Assembly (NCBI RefSeq): GCF_006345805.1
Contig: NC_043000.1
Coordinates: 64,170,001-64,234,000 of the forward strand
Length of the DNA stretch: 64,000 nucleotides
Source: Octopus sinensis
Taxonomy: Eukaryota
Direction: 5' to 3'
Below are positions 62,401-64,000 of this stretch, piece after piece. Made by a program: the position numbers and the translations under genes. The notes below the pieces were generated by a model, which was not told the origin of the DNA, did not search any database, and saw nothing but the letters and a program-made list of their open reading frames with translations. Each line of letters opens with the position of its first letter. Position 1 is the first letter of the stretch.

Positions 62401-64000
62401 TTCTGTCAGAAGTAATGCTTATTTATCCTCATTGCTTTGTATTAATCATGCATTATGTTGTAGCTTTGAGATTTTGAAAAGGTAACTTAATTTCCAGAAT
62501 GATATTGTAGGGTTGGTGTGAGAGGCCAGACCTGGCCAGTTTGATAATAAAACAGAATATTTTAGCTGGATATGGTTGTTTTAAATGCTAATGGATTAAA
62601 TAAAAGAAAAACTATTTCACTATAAAAAAAAGGGGAGCAAATTAGAGGAAAATTGTTTTAAATATTTCAAGTTAATCATTTAAATGTCAGTACAATAATT
62701 TTAAAAACCGTTCTATGTAGAAAAAGTTTGAAGCTGTGATTCTCCTCATTCTTGGTACCATCTACAATTGCTGAAGAGCCAAAAGCATAAATCTGAATTG
62801 TTAAATAATTTCCTCAGATAGACAAAATGTGAGATGGGAGTGGCATGTACAGAAAGTAAAGATGTAACTTTTTCCAAAGTTGTTAGCTAAATAACCAAAA
62901 TCAAATGTCAAAATTAGACTTGGTTTGCAGGATTTAGGTTTCTATCTCAGTGTTCAACATGTTAATATAGTAGTTTTTTTTCCATTTAAATAGATTAACA
63001 GTAAGCCAAAATCCTAAACTGTCTATGGTTTGATATCTGGAGATTTTGCTAAAACAAAACCGTAATTTTATTTCATCAATTTCAGTAAAATCATTTTGTT
63101 TTTAAGATAGTTTTTTAATATGAAAAGTTTTAGAAAAATATCATGCAAGCAAATAAGAGATTAGCTCCTCTCCAAAACAAAAAAAGCCTATCCTTACAGC
63201 TTGTAGGTAGTTGGCAAAACAGTTAAATGCAATCAAAAGTTCTGGATAATCTATACTTCTGTCTCTTTGAAGACCAGGCTGTCCATTCCAACATGTAGTT
63301 TCATATATGTGCTACAGTGAAGACTTCCTTACTGTCTAGTCTGTAGATTCTGGTGACGGCTATTTCATCACACTGTAGTATAAGGCTAATAACATGCTGC
63401 TATTTTTATGTATTTTTTGAAATCTCGTATCTTTTACCATTACTTGTTTCAGTCATTTTACTGTGGCCTTGCTGGGGCACTGCATTGAAGGGTTTTAGTT
63501 GAACAAAGCCACCCAAAGACTTTTTTTTCTCAAGTCTAGTACTTATTCTATTAGTCTCTTTTGCCAAACTGTTAAGTTATAAGAATGCAAACACACCAAC
63601 ACCAGTTGCCAAGCAGTGGTGGCAGACAGACACAAAGGCATAAACACACACACATATATATATATGGTGGGCTTTTTTCATTTTTCTATCTACAAAATCC
63701 ACTCACAAGGATTTGGTTGGCCCAAGATACTTGTCTAAGGTGTCACACAGTGAAACAACCCGTAACCATATGGTTGGAAATGTTTCTGAACTGAATAGAG
63801 ATGTGTCAGTGTTTTGGAGTGAATGTACATACAGTGACAAGGACTGGGGGTTGTACAGACTACTAAAATATAAACTGCCCTTTTTGTGTCTAAGTAGTCT
63901 TTTTGGTATTTCATGTTTAAACATGTTTCATTGTGCAGGTGGTTTGTGACAGCCTGTGATAATACAATTGTAGTTTGATTTCTTATAGAGAAATTGTAGC

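Noticed and set aside
1081-63949. Most remaining ORF-track entries (60-120 aa, rich in F/L/I/C/Y or HT/CV repeats)
   Set aside because: They are explained by AT-rich intron composition, microsatellites or SINE sequence. None gave a nested gene with splice or domain support.
1-64000. CRISPR arrays, operons, rRNA or other prokaryotic systems
   Set aside because: The tandem arrays have no unique spacers and the sequence is spliceosomal eukaryotic DNA; none were seen.

Overview
Eukaryotic, AT-rich, repeat-dense genomic DNA. The SINE/LINE/microsatellite landscape looks like an Octopus (coleoid cephalopod) genome; this is an inference from repeat signatures. One gene dominates the window on the + strand: a prominin (CD133/PROM1-family) pentaspan glycoprotein whose 5' exons lie upstream. 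I assembled 24 GT-AG exons by hand (2058..59947, 2289 nt, one uninterrupted frame of 762 aa plus stop). They cover extracellular loop 1, TM3, TM4, extracellular loop 2, TM5 and an unusually long cytoplasmic tail of about 190 aa. The tail contains a tandem-repeat exon (6x V(T/AT)SDKS), a PPxY motif, an acidic dileucine motif and a terminal -SDV PDZ-type ligand. The most striking observation is a chain of five candidate microexons (9, 15, 20, 15 and 13 nt) spread over 6.4 kb of the exon 12-13 intron. Their phases close exactly (72 nt), and the joined peptide aligns without gaps to the conventional exon 13, which suggests a microexon-built alternative copy of one extracellular helix. The introns hold a decayed Tc1 transposase, RTE, CR1 and HERO-like LINE fragments, a young RTE-type insertion with a 13-bp TSD, hAT and Tc1/mariner MITEs, several SINE families, a 30-bp minisatellite and microsatellites. 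I found no supportable rRNA, functional tRNA or CRISPR feature. All splice models come from sequence inspection only and need transcript data. Comparisons with human PROM1 and with named TE families are from memory, not from searches.
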